This document shows positions 19,782 through 29,533 of a DNA stretch of 64,000 nt, in pieces. The stretch is from contig OZ242180.1 in the NCBI GenBank assembly GCA_965205485.1, positions 3,360,001 to 3,424,000 on the forward strand, written 5' to 3'. This stretch comes from Candidatus Latescibacterota bacterium. GTDB lineage: Bacteria > Latescibacterota > UBA2968 > GCA-2709665. Every line of letters starts with the position of its first letter. Position 1 is the stretch's first letter. Below the pieces are notes generated by a model. That model ran no database searches and was not told the origin of the DNA. It worked only from the letters and a program-made list of their open reading frames with translations. Position numbers and translations under genes: made by a program.

Positions 19782-20730
19782 ATGCGGTATCGCCGCCTGG
19801 GAAGAACAGAACTGCAGGTCTCGGAACTCAGTTACGGTGCGGCACGGGGCGCGTCGCAGGACCGGGCGAAGTTCATTGCCACAGTACACGCAGCGATCGA
19901 GAGCGGCGTCAACTTCGTCGACACCGCCGCCGACTACGGCAACGGTGACAGCGAGAGCGCGCTTGGGCGAAGCGTTGCGGGGCCACGACCCTATCATTGT
20001 CGAGACCAAGTATCAGCCTTACGATGGCTGGGGCGGCGATGCGGCATACACGGGTTCAGCGGCGGCATTGACCTCCTCTGCCGAGGAGAGCCTGCGCCGC
20101 TTGCGCCGTGATCGTCTTGATATTCTTCTCGGCCACGGCATACGCACGCTCGAATCTCTGGACCGTTTTATGAACGATGGCTGCTACGAGGCCATGTCCA
20201 GGCTGCGTGAGCAGGGCAAGGTCCGGTTCATCGGTATCAGCGAGCTCTCCACGGTTGACGGAACACACGAGATCCTGAAGCGCGCGGTTCCCACCGGCGC
20301 CCTGGACGTGGTCATGCTCACGATCAATTTTCTGCTGCAAAACGCGGTGGAATCGGTACTGCCGCTGTGTGCCCGGCACGACGTCGGCACGGCGGTGATG
20401 ATGCCGCTGAACCAGGCGAGCCACGAGTCCGGTCTGGTCAGTGTGCCGGCGGCGCTGGAGTGCGTGCGGCGGCATGTCGCGGCCGGTTATCTGCCGTCCC
20501 GGCCGCCGTACACGGATCCGGACCTGTTTGATTTCCTGAAGCCCTACAGTGTGCCCGCTGCGGCGCTGCGCTTCGTGCTCGCGCAGGACGTGAGCACATG
20601 CTGTGTCGGGACCCGCAGGCCGGAACGGTTTCGCGAGAACCTGCCAGTGGTTGACCCGCCGTACCTCGATACACCGCGGGTGGAGAAGCTGCGCGAACGC
20701 TTCGGGCGAATTCATGGCCACGTAAGATAG
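19782..20730 (+). pseudogene. aldo/keto reductase, frameshifted
   Basis: YRRLGRTELQVS, DTAADYG..SE in one frame; TK, GKVRFIGIS in the next; extra G at 19965-19967. Confidence 0.8.
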
Positions 20731-20782
20731 GCGGAATGATGAAGACTTCTGCACCTTCATGGGCATGCCGGGAGCGCGGACA

Positions 20783-21757
20783 ATGAAGATCCTGCAAGTC
20801 ACATCGCCGCGCGAGTTCGAGATTCTCGACGTCCCGGTTCCCCAGCCCGGTCCGGACGAGGTGCTGATGCGTGTCACGGCGGTCACGACCTGCCCGCAGT
20901 GGGACCTGCACCTGCGTCACAACGACCCGATGTTTGTCGGCCGTGCATTCCACTACCCGTACACGCCGGGCAAGCCCGGCCACGAAGCCGTCGGCCGGAT
21001 CGAGGCTGTTGGGGAACGTGTGGCAGGTTTGAAGGCAGGTGACCGCGTGTGCGCCTGGCGCGATAGCGGCGATGGGCATCACGGTTGCTATGCGCAATAC
21101 GTCGCGATCGACGCGGCAAGAGTCATACGCGTCCCCGGAGAATTGCCCGACGAGGCGCTGGCTCCACTCGAACTGGCTATGTGCGTAGGCGCCTGCTTCC
21201 GGATGCTGCGCGATATGGACGCAATCCTGGGCCGTTGTTTCGGCGTCTGCGGCCTGGGCCCGGCCGGACTGGTGGCGCTGCAGATGGCCAGAGCCGAGGG
21301 CGCCAGGGAAGTATACGGGTTCGACTTCATATCTGACCGCCGCGCCATGGCCGAGCGTCTCGGCGCGGCAGGTTGCTACGACCCGCGGGCCGACTTGTCG
21401 GGGAAGTTCCCGGCGCGGCCGGAACGGCCAAAGCTCGAGTCGGCCGTGGACTGCGTCGGCGCGAAGGCGTCGGTGGAGTTCCTCATGGACCGGACTCAGG
21501 ACGCCCTGGCCCTGTTCGGCGTGCAGCGCGAAGACTACACGTTCAGCCCGCGGCATTATCGCGGGCTGCGGCTGTGCGGGTACAAGGGCCACTCGCGCGA
21601 ATCGGCCGAGTATGCGCTCGACCTCATCCGCCGCGGCAAGCTCAACCTGGCCGCGCTGGTCACGCACAAGCTTCCGCTCGAACGCTACGCTGAAGGCGTA
21701 GACCTTTTGGAGAACCTTAAGGCCGTCAAAGTCTGTTTCCTGCCGTGGGAGGAATGA
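20783..21757 (+). CDS. zinc-binding alcohol dehydrogenase family protein
   Basis: PGHEAVG, GLGPAGL, THKLPLE. Confidence 0.9.
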   Translation: MKILQVTSPREFEILDVPVPQPGPDEVLMRVTAVTTCPQWDLHLRHNDPMFVGRAFHYPYTPGKPGHEAVGRIEAVGERVAGLKAGDRVCAWRDSGDGHHGCYAQYVAIDAARVIRVPGELPDEALAPLELAMCVGACFRMLRDMDAILGRCFGVCGLGPAGLVALQMARAEGAREVYGFDFISDRRAMAERLGAAGCYDPRADLSGKFPARPERPKLESAVDCVGAKASVEFLMDRTQDALALFGVQREDYTFSPRHYRGLRLCGYKGHSRESAEYALDLIRRGKLNLAALVTHKLPLERYAEGVDLLENLKAVKVCFLPWEE

Positions 21758-21792
21758 AACTGATGGGAAATTGGCGATAGAACCCGGTATCG

Positions 21793-21890
21793 TTCTGACA
21801 GTCCACGGGGCATCAAGCTTCTTCGATTCTTGCGGAAATGTGCTGAATGCTTTCTATTGCGAGCGTCTCCCGCGGGCTTGCAGGTTGGGC
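21793..21890 (+). repeat. degenerate attC-like site
   Basis: TTCTGAC, AGTCCACGGG/CCCGCGGGCT stem, GTTGGGC directly before the next gene. Confidence 0.5.
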
Positions 21891-21899
21891 GAGGGAATA

Positions 21900-22643
21900 A
21901 TGGACGTAGACTACGACCGACTGGCGGAACACTACAGGAACCACAGAAGACCCGATCCAAGGATAGCTGCGCGGATCCAGTTCCATATTGAGGGTGCCAG
22001 GCGCGTGCTGAATGTCGGCGCCGGCATTGGATCTTACGAGCCGGATGACTGTGAGGTCGTGGCTATAGAACCGTCCCAAGAGATGCTCATGAAGCGAGAG
22101 AACGCCAAGGTTGCATTGGCTCAGGGCGTTGCAGAAGCGTTGCCGTTCAGAGACAATGTATTTGATGTCGCAATGGGGATTCTAACCGTACATCATTGGT
22201 CAGACACTGTGTTGGGTCTGCGGGAAATGGTCAGAGTGTCGAGAGACAAAGTCATACTCTTCACCTGGATAGGCTACGGCAATGATTTCTGGCTCGAGGA
22301 CTATATCCCTGAAATAGCTGGAGTCGACTGTGAGCTGTTTCCAACATTGGCAGAATTGTATGAAATACTTGGTGGGATTTCAGTGGAGACAATTGAGATA
22401 CCATATGATTGCTCCGATGGGTTCATGTGTGCGTATTGGCGAAGACCCGAGGCATACCTGGACCCGGGGGTAAGGAATGCCATATCGACGTTTTCGCGCG
22501 TATCCGGTATTCAAGAGGGATTAACCCAACTGCGAAATGATATTGATGACGGCATTTGGTGCAAGAAGCATAAGCACCTGCTTGAGAGGGAGAGTCTGGA
22601 TCTGGGGTATAGGCTGGTCGTGTGTAGAGTTCAATGCGCCTGA
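21900..22643 (+). CDS. class I SAM-dependent methyltransferase
   Basis: RRPDPRIA, LNVGAGIGSYE, AEALPF, AYWRRPEAYLD. Confidence 0.9.
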   Translation: MDVDYDRLAEHYRNHRRPDPRIAARIQFHIEGARRVLNVGAGIGSYEPDDCEVVAIEPSQEMLMKRENAKVALAQGVAEALPFRDNVFDVAMGILTVHHWSDTVLGLREMVRVSRDKVILFTWIGYGNDFWLEDYIPEIAGVDCELFPTLAELYEILGGISVETIEIPYDCSDGFMCAYWRRPEAYLDPGVRNAISTFSRVSGIQEGLTQLRNDIDDGIWCKKHKHLLERESLDLGYRLVVCRVQCA

Positions 22644-22694
22644 CCCATTCACCGGTGCAGATTCAAGAAGCTGCGCTTCCATAGGACAGATATC

Positions 22695-23504
22695 ATGAAG
22701 TCTGTTGCCCAAATCTACGACGAGAACGCGACACGTGAATGGAGGCGTTTGGAGAATGCCCCCTTTCGGTCCATTGAGTTCCTCGTTGCCATGGACCGTA
22801 TTCTCAAATACCTTCCCAAAACGGGTAAAGTGTTGGATGCTGGAGGGGGGCCAGGACGATATGCCATCGAATTATGTCGTCGGGGATACCAGGTTGTTCT
22901 CCTGGATCTTTCGGAAGAATGCTTGAATCTGGCCAAGAAGAAGATCCTGGGGGAGCCGAAGGGTGTTCAGGAGCGACTGATGGACCTGGTCGCAGGCGAC
23001 ATCCGAAACCTTTCTGGCTTCGTAGACGATTCATTTGAGGCCGTCATGTGTCTTGATCCTCTCTCTTACTTGTGTGAGGTTCAAGAGAGGAGAAAGGCGG
23101 CCTCAGAGCTGTTTCGGGTTACAAAGCCGGGTGGCGTGGTATGTATCGCCGTTCGGGGATATCTGGCTGTTCTTCGTCATATATTGAAGCGGTTTCCGCA
23201 GGAAATTCTGGATGATTCTTTCAACGATCTGGTCAGGACCGGAGACACCCTTGTGCAGGGAGTGCCAGTTCATTTTTTTCGAGCTCAAGAGGTGTGCCGT
23301 CTCACCGAGTCCATAGGATTGGTGACGCTTGAAATGTGTGGATGTGAGGGGTTATCCACCGGGCTCGAAGAAGCGACTGACGCTCTGGCAGAAGATACTG
23401 CTCGATGGGACTGTTGGATGGATTTGGTTCTGAAGACGGCGTCTGAACCAGCGGTAGTGGATATGGCCCCTCACATGCTCTACATAGGTAGAAAACCAGA
23501 TTAA
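22695..23504 (+). CDS. class I SAM-dependent methyltransferase
   Basis: VLDAGGGPGRY, LLDLS, RVTKPGG. Confidence 0.9.
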   Translation: MKSVAQIYDENATREWRRLENAPFRSIEFLVAMDRILKYLPKTGKVLDAGGGPGRYAIELCRRGYQVVLLDLSEECLNLAKKKILGEPKGVQERLMDLVAGDIRNLSGFVDDSFEAVMCLDPLSYLCEVQERRKAASELFRVTKPGGVVCIAVRGYLAVLRHILKRFPQEILDDSFNDLVRTGDTLVQGVPVHFFRAQEVCRLTESIGLVTLEMCGCEGLSTGLEEATDALAEDTARWDCWMDLVLKTASEPAVVDMAPHMLYIGRKPD

Positions 23505-23636
23505 AGCCTTATGGTGCGCGCAATATGGTTTCCCTTGATCGGCATCGCCTTGATGGGACCGCCAGCGGGTAACAGCCATTTGCGGAGACCCCACCCAACC
23601 GCAACCCGAATTCACGAAAGGATAGGAGTCAAATCG

Positions 23637-24755
23637 GTGAACCGTCTGTTCCTGTCAATGTTCCTCACTCTGTGCAGCACAGGTCATGCTGATGCATCCG
23701 ATGATTGGAGGATTGGAACTCCGGCCGGGCAAGGTCTGAATGCGGATACGATAGCGGAGGGTCTGGCCAGGATCCGGGATGGGGAGTACAAGAATCTCCA
23801 CAGCTTTCTGATTGCTCGGCGAGGCACTCTCGTACTGGAGGAGTACTTTGCGGGCACCGACGGGTGGAGGGGGCATGTCGTATTCGACAAGGACCGGCTG
23901 CATGACACACGCTCAGTTTCAAAGAGTGTAACGTCCGCGCTCGTTGGAATCGCCATTGACAAGGGCTTTATCGATTCTGTTGATGTGCCGATGCATCAAT
24001 TCTTCCCGGATCACTCAGCGCACATAACAGAAGGGAAAAAACAGATCACTTTGAGACATCTGCTGACGATGACATCCGGGTTCAGGTGGGACCAATCGGG
24101 AGCGCATCAATCTGAGCCTGGTTCTCCAAACTCGGAAGCTCAGATGGAGAACAGTGACGACTTCATTGGATATGTACTGTCATCTGACATGTCTGACGAA
24201 CCCGGCAGGCGTTTCAACTACAATAGCGGATGCGCAATTCTTCTTGCGGGGGTGATCAAGAAGGTTTCCGGCCTGCACGCAGATGCTTTCGCTGACGAAT
24301 ATCTCTTTGGACCTGTGGGCATCCGTCGGAGTGATTGGTGGCGGACAAAGACAGGATTGCCGCAAACCCATGCTGGTCTTCGTCTCAGACCCCGTGATCT
24401 GGCCAGGATCGGTCAGCTGTACCTGGACCGTGGGGTGTGGAACGGAGTCGAGGTACTGCCTGCGGATTGGATCGAAGAATCTGTTCGCTCTCAGTTTGGA
24501 AATGAACGATATGGGTTCGGCTGGTGGCTGGATCGCTTCAGTGTTGCCGGACATCCTGTCAAGACCTTCGTTGCGGAAGGAAATGGCGGTCAGTTCCTGT
24601 TCGTGATTCCCGACGTTGAGATGGTGATTGTCTTCACAGGCGGGAATTACGGATCCGCAGTCGCCAACCAGGTCTTTCGCATCGTAACAAGGCATGTCTT
24701 GCCTGCGGTGACAGACCACCCCGCAGAAAGCAAAGGAGAGACCGATGGTGAGTGA
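23637..24755 (+). CDS. secreted serine hydrolase, beta-lactamase-like family
   Basis: SVSK (SxxK), ITLRHLLTMTSG, FNYNS, GNGGQ; signal peptide after GTG 23637. Confidence 0.88.
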   Translation: MNRLFLSMFLTLCSTGHADASDDWRIGTPAGQGLNADTIAEGLARIRDGEYKNLHSFLIARRGTLVLEEYFAGTDGWRGHVVFDKDRLHDTRSVSKSVTSALVGIAIDKGFIDSVDVPMHQFFPDHSAHITEGKKQITLRHLLTMTSGFRWDQSGAHQSEPGSPNSEAQMENSDDFIGYVLSSDMSDEPGRRFNYNSGCAILLAGVIKKVSGLHADAFADEYLFGPVGIRRSDWWRTKTGLPQTHAGLRLRPRDLARIGQLYLDRGVWNGVEVLPADWIEESVRSQFGNERYGFGWWLDRFSVAGHPVKTFVAEGNGGQFLFVIPDVEMVIVFTGGNYGSAVANQVFRIVTRHVLPAVTDHPAESKGETDGE

Positions 24756-25397
24756 CTACTCGTCCTTGATGGAGGAGCTGGACAGAAATTCGCGTACGGC
24801 AGACTGGTTTTCGGACGGGTGGGAAACGCGACTGGACACGTTTCCTGAGAAGGTTTTTTCGGTGAGTTCCCGAGCGCGAGCGAAAAAGTGCGGTCAAAAT
24901 CGCCCATATTTGTCTATACGGGTGGGTTTGACCAACGCCGACCGGCGCTTTTGCAGCCGCGCGAAGACCGCTGGGAATTTTAAGACAGCTTCTAGAGTGG
25001 GGGATCAGGGCTTCAACTGTTCAGGGACCTGTGGTTCAATCAAGACGGAATGGGTATCCATTTCGAGACCTGGATTACGGACCGTGAAATGCAACAGAAG
25101 AAGACACGTCTTGTCATGCACGTGCTTCATCAAGACACATTCCCGGGAACTCGATTGAAGCGCGCGGCTTTCAGCCGGCCTTTTGTGAAAGAAGCACGCG
25201 GTATGATTGAGACATGGAAGGGATACAAGGTGTCGAACAGCACGATGAAGGTTTTCAGTCGTGACGTTCGCTTCGGCGACGATGACCTCATTGAGAAACT
25301 CTCTGCGGAATTTGCGAAAGTGCAGCAACTTGGCTGCATCGTCGATCAGATTCTACACGATGAGATCGGAGTCCAGCGTTTGAACCTTGATTCGTAG
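24745..25397 (+). pseudogene. hypothetical gene disrupted by a ~150-bp insert and truncated by MITE copy 4
   Basis: Coding-like N-terminus to ~24848, non-coding insert to ~24995, coding resumes (LFRDLWFNQDGMGIHFETW) and stops inside the MITE. Confidence 0.5.
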
Positions 25398-25565
25398 GGA
25401 CGTTAATTCGAATATGTGCTTGTAAATCAAGGCGATTAGACGGCGGATTACCAGGATACACCAGGTCACTGGACGTGTAGGAAAAAAGTCCTTCTATACG
25501 ACGATAACGCCGATTTTCGGAGGTTTTTATCGCGTCGCCGCGTTGCTGTTTTTTTCGGGTTGAGG
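25385..25565 (+). mobile_element. MITE-like element, copy 4 (small internal deletion)
   Basis: CCTTGATTCG...GGTTGAGG; flanks TGAA/TTAA. Confidence 0.85.
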
Positions 25566-25570
25566 TTAAT

Positions 25571-26543
25571 TTGGTGGATAAGGGATCCCTCAAGGTTCTA
25601 TCAAAGGACGAAAGAACAGCAGCATTGCACGCGCTGGCCGAAGCCAGTCTTGCTGACTTCGGTTTGACCGGCGGCTCGCCCGTGTTGCTGCAGGATCTCG
25701 TGAACAGCTCATTCCGGGTTCAACATGACAGGGGGCAGTGGTATCTTCGTATTTACAATAGCGACAGGCATGATACATCAGTTATCGAGTCTGAACTCCT
25801 GTTCCTGGAAGCGCTCGCCAAAGGGGGCTTTCCAGCGCCTCAGCCGTTGCGTAAGCACAGTGATGGGATGCTTTGGGTGGCGTCGCAGAGACGCAATTCG
25901 AATATCGATATGCTCTTGGCTACCGGGAGAGATATTGCAACATGACAAGACGTCACAGCACTATGCCAACTTAGGTGCCATGTTAGCAGAACTCCACGAG
26001 TTTTCCGGAAAATGGAATCCGCCCGAGGGGTTCGTACGTCCACGTTGCGACAGTGAAGGTGTATACGGCAGTCACGGTGCTTCAGGAGAGCAAGTCATGC
26101 GAGGCTGGGACAACATTGACGATCCGCTTCGCTCGGATCTTGAAGATGCGAAAAAAGCACTTGAACAAGCCGAGAAAGCCATTGGAACGGATCGCGGTCG
26201 CTACGGCTTGATCCACGCTGATCCAAGTTTCAGCAACGTCCTGTTTGATGGGGAAATACCATACCTGATCGATTTCGATGATTTAGGGTACGGCCACTAT
26301 GTCTTCGATCTCGCCGTTGTCCTTGCTGGCGCATGGGGCAAGCCTGATTTCGAAGGGAATCGCGCGGCTTTGTTCGAAGGATATGGGCAAAGACGAAAAT
26401 TGTCGCAGGCAGAAATAGGCGCATTGCCCGCAGCCATGGCAGCACGAGCGGCCTCGCTCATTTTCTGGGCTGCGGCTCAGTCATCGCAGCATCCATGGAT
26501 TGAAGGTCAGTGGCAACGCCTCAAGAAATACATGGAATCATGA
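25571..26543 (+). pseudogene. APH/homoserine-kinase-II-like phosphotransferase, frameshifted
   Basis: N-lobe (YLRIY, SELLFL) and C-lobe (GLIHAD..N, IDFDD.G.G.Y.FD) in different frames; shift at ~25880-25910. Confidence 0.78.
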
Positions 26544-26664
26544 TCGAAGGAAGGCATCGAAAAGCCAGACGCACTCGACGGGCTTACGCCCGCGCGGGGC
26601 CTGCGGCCTCAGGAGCCAGTAGGAGAGATACTCCCGGCCCGAAGTAGAGTTAGAAACCCACATC

Positions 26665-26759
26665 GCTTAATACCTCGGTTGCCTCTGCGGCGGATTGGCG
26701 CGTTGGCCCGCGGCAACCCCTCGACGGGCTCGGGGTTCGGCAACCGGAAAACGTCAGGT
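26665..26759 (+). repeat. attC-like site with GTC core
   Basis: GCTTAAT, perfect CGGTTGCC/GGCAACCG stem, R' GTCAGGT. Confidence 0.7.
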
Positions 26760-26830
26760 GACACTGGCGCAAAGACAGAATCCAACTGCCCCAAAGCTCC
26801 ATATAGCGGTCAAAAACAGAAGAAAGACAC

Positions 26831-27454
26831 ATGAACCAATCCCCGGTTTTGCCTCAATGGGCACCCCGTGTATCGCGTCATAGCATTGCTGAATTATACG
26901 CAAAGGACGCAAAAGGGATAAGAGACGAGGAACTCGCAGATGATGTTGGTATTGCCCTGTTTGCGCGAGTCGAAAGTTGCCTTATTGCGACAGGGGCGAT
27001 GCGCGGGGAAGTCAAGTGTCCCAGTTGCGGAAGTTTCATCCATCGCGACTTGAAGCCTTGCCGCCGGGATGACCCAATCGAAATGCTTCAATGTAATTCT
27101 TGTGAGTGGCAACTGTCCTGGCCTGAGTATCACAAGACGTATCGTAGGAAGCGTCTCGGATCTGCCAGGCTTGATGTACCGTTTCGTGAGTTTCTCAGAG
27201 GGTTTGCAAAAGCTCAATCATATCAGCAAAGGATGATCCTGATTGATACTTTGCTCCATATCTACCACGGCGAATTGGAAGGGCCGTTAGGGGGGCCAGG
27301 AACCGCTAATCTGATCGGCGGCAAAATGTCCGATGTTGCGATTTTCTTGAACCAGCTTACCTATGGAGATCAGAGCACGCCAGGATTGGTCGATCAGTTG
27401 GAGGAATGGCGGAAACTTGCCAGGCGAGCACCTTATGGGACTGAGGATGTGTGA
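26831..27454 (+). CDS. hypothetical protein with two CxxC motifs (cassette; paralog of 37859-38578)
   Basis: CPSC and CNSC; WAPRV..I..LY..DA.GI.DEEL..DVGI.LFAR shared with the paralog. Confidence 0.8.
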   Translation: MNQSPVLPQWAPRVSRHSIAELYAKDAKGIRDEELADDVGIALFARVESCLIATGAMRGEVKCPSCGSFIHRDLKPCRRDDPIEMLQCNSCEWQLSWPEYHKTYRRKRLGSARLDVPFREFLRGFAKAQSYQQRMILIDTLLHIYHGELEGPLGGPGTANLIGGKMSDVAIFLNQLTYGDQSTPGLVDQLEEWRKLARRAPYGTEDV

Positions 27455-27543
27455 CTGAAAGCAAGGCAAACACCAGGACGCTTAATGCGCCTGCCCTATT
27501 ACTGCTCCTGTATTTCATGGACTTGGAGGAGTGCGACAGCATC

Positions 27544-27657
27544 ACCTGACATGTTGCTCCCGGCTCGCTACTCTCGGCCCAAAGGGTTGTGGCTGATTGT
27601 AAAACCACTGATTGACTTCCCGCACACAGCCCGTTCGGGAGCCACTGAACGTTACAC
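27544..27657 (+). repeat. attC site with GAC inverse core
   Basis: TCACCTGAC (27542-27550) is the reverse complement of GTCAGGTGA (26753-26761); GCTCCCG/CGGGAGC stem; R' GTTACAC. Confidence 0.78.
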
Positions 27658-27922
27658 GCAGGCGGCGCTGAGTTGCCCAACAACCCCACCCTGGCAAATC
27701 GTGCACAGACCCAAGAAACCATCCCATCCGCAGCGAACACACATACATCGGGCTTCTTCGATCTGTCTTCCTGGCAACAGAGAATACGATCCGCCGGGGT
27801 TTGTTCTTACGCGGGTCGAGTGCGTATCGGAAAAAAGGCCCCAGTTCGAACCGACCGCACCCCAAAGCTCAGACGCAAGTAAAGGGCGCGGAGAGAGGTA
27901 CGTTCGGAAAGGATGAAATGAA

Positions 27923-29224
27923 ATGGAAGAGCGACAACTTTTCGGAGGCTTCGCTCGAACCGACGTCACGCCCGAACTCGGCATTCTACTGATGGGCTAC
28001 CCCGATCCGGACCGGAAAGCGGAGTCTGTCCGCGACCCATTGCAGGCAAACGCCCTTGTTTTGAAGCAAGGAGAGACGACAGCGGTCCTGATCAGTCTGA
28101 CGATCTGCATTCTTGATGACGCAGGTGTAGAAGCGATTCGGCGGGGTATCCAGGAACAGACCGGCATACCTGCGGACAGTATCGTCGTCTGTACTGCGCA
28201 GACGCATTCCGCCCCCTGCACCATGACGTGTTGGGGATGGTGCGATAGGGACGAGACCTATGTCGATCTGCTCGTGAGCGAGAGCATCAAAGCGGCTGTG
28301 AAAGCCAGTCAGAATTTGAAGAAAATCCAGGTCGGCATTGGTACGACTGAAAGCGATGTGGGCGTAAATCGCAGGGCGATCAAGGCTGACCACTCGGTTG
28401 GGCTGGGATACAACCCCTGGGGAATCTACGACCCGGAAATGACGGTTGTCTGCTTTCAAAGCGCAGACGGTCCTCTGGCGACCCTGATTCACTACGGCGC
28501 ACACCCCACCGTTCTTTCAAGCAAGAGCAGAGCGATCTCGCGCGATTGGCCTGGGGTGATGATCGATCGGGTCGAAGACCTTACTGGCGCTCCGGCGCTT
28601 TTTGTCAACGGTGCGGTGGGCGATATAGCTCCCCGGAGCAATATCCTTGGTTCTGTCGGAGACGGAGAGGCCGCGTTGCTGGAGGTCGGCACGCGGGCGG
28701 GGATGGATGCCATGCGGGCCATTCGCGCCATCAAGGAATTCCGTAACGTGGAGCTGGGCGTCACGACCGGTGCATACCAATTACCCTACAGGCCTTTGCC
28801 CCCGGAGGATGAAGCCAGCCGCAATCTTGCAGAGGCTGAGCTTCATCGGAACGAATACGGTAGAGGCATGTGTGAATACAAATATTGGCAGGCCGTTGTC
28901 AGATCTCAGCAGGCCGCGCCAGTTTCCGGCAAGAACTATCTCCAGGTCATTCTGCGCCTCGGTCCGATCGCGATCGTGCCGTTTCCGGGAGAACCATTTG
29001 CTGAAATCGTCCTTCGCCTTCGTGATTTCAGTCCTGCGCAATACACGCTCTGCGCCAGTACATCCTGTGGGAGCAACGGGTACTTCGTTACGCGTGAGTC
29101 CCTGGACCGGGGCGGGTATGAGGTCTGGGTAGCGAGAGCGATGGGAGCGTATATCCTGGCGGAGAATATTGATGATGTGCTCGTAGAGAAAAACTTGAGG
29201 CTTCTTACGGAAGCCTACGCATAA
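27923..29224 (+). CDS. neutral/alkaline ceramidase-like hydrolase
   Basis: GFARTDVTP..LMGY, VRDPL, THSAP, GVNRR, HYGAHP, ISRDWPG, FPGEPF. Confidence 0.75.
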   Translation: MEERQLFGGFARTDVTPELGILLMGYPDPDRKAESVRDPLQANALVLKQGETTAVLISLTICILDDAGVEAIRRGIQEQTGIPADSIVVCTAQTHSAPCTMTCWGWCDRDETYVDLLVSESIKAAVKASQNLKKIQVGIGTTESDVGVNRRAIKADHSVGLGYNPWGIYDPEMTVVCFQSADGPLATLIHYGAHPTVLSSKSRAISRDWPGVMIDRVEDLTGAPALFVNGAVGDIAPRSNILGSVGDGEAALLEVGTRAGMDAMRAIRAIKEFRNVELGVTTGAYQLPYRPLPPEDEASRNLAEAELHRNEYGRGMCEYKYWQAVVRSQQAAPVSGKNYLQVILRLGPIAIVPFPGEPFAEIVLRLRDFSPAQYTLCASTSCGSNGYFVTRESLDRGGYEVWVARAMGAYILAENIDDVLVEKNLRLLTEAYA

Positions 29225-29533
29225 GGAAACGCATAACGCGGGATGAGGAGACGGACGCGACGGCGCCCTGGATCCTGGACGAGGCGTCGGGTCGGTGAAA
29301 AGGGGGGCTTCCTGCCCAATCCACGTTCGAGCCGGTTTTCCTTGCTCTGAGCGGACACACAATGTATCTTAAACACAGTAACAAGCCGACTGGTTTTTGC
29401 TACGCCCATGTACTCCCCCCACATGGTATCCCCGACCTGACGACGATCCACTTCCGAAAGCCAGCCTCTACGACGATCGCTGTTCCCTTGAGTGTCTCCC
29501 CCCAGAGGCCTTCACCTGAACAGGACCATACCC

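Noticed and set aside
26551..26655. Further weak attC candidates (also 23515-23585, 34178-34255, 42315-42390)
   Set aside because: Only partial cores or stems; not distinguishable from background without a covariance-model score.
29340..29533. Purine/ZTP riboswitch upstream of purC
   Set aside because: I could not recognise the conserved aptamer motifs; an Rfam scan would be needed.
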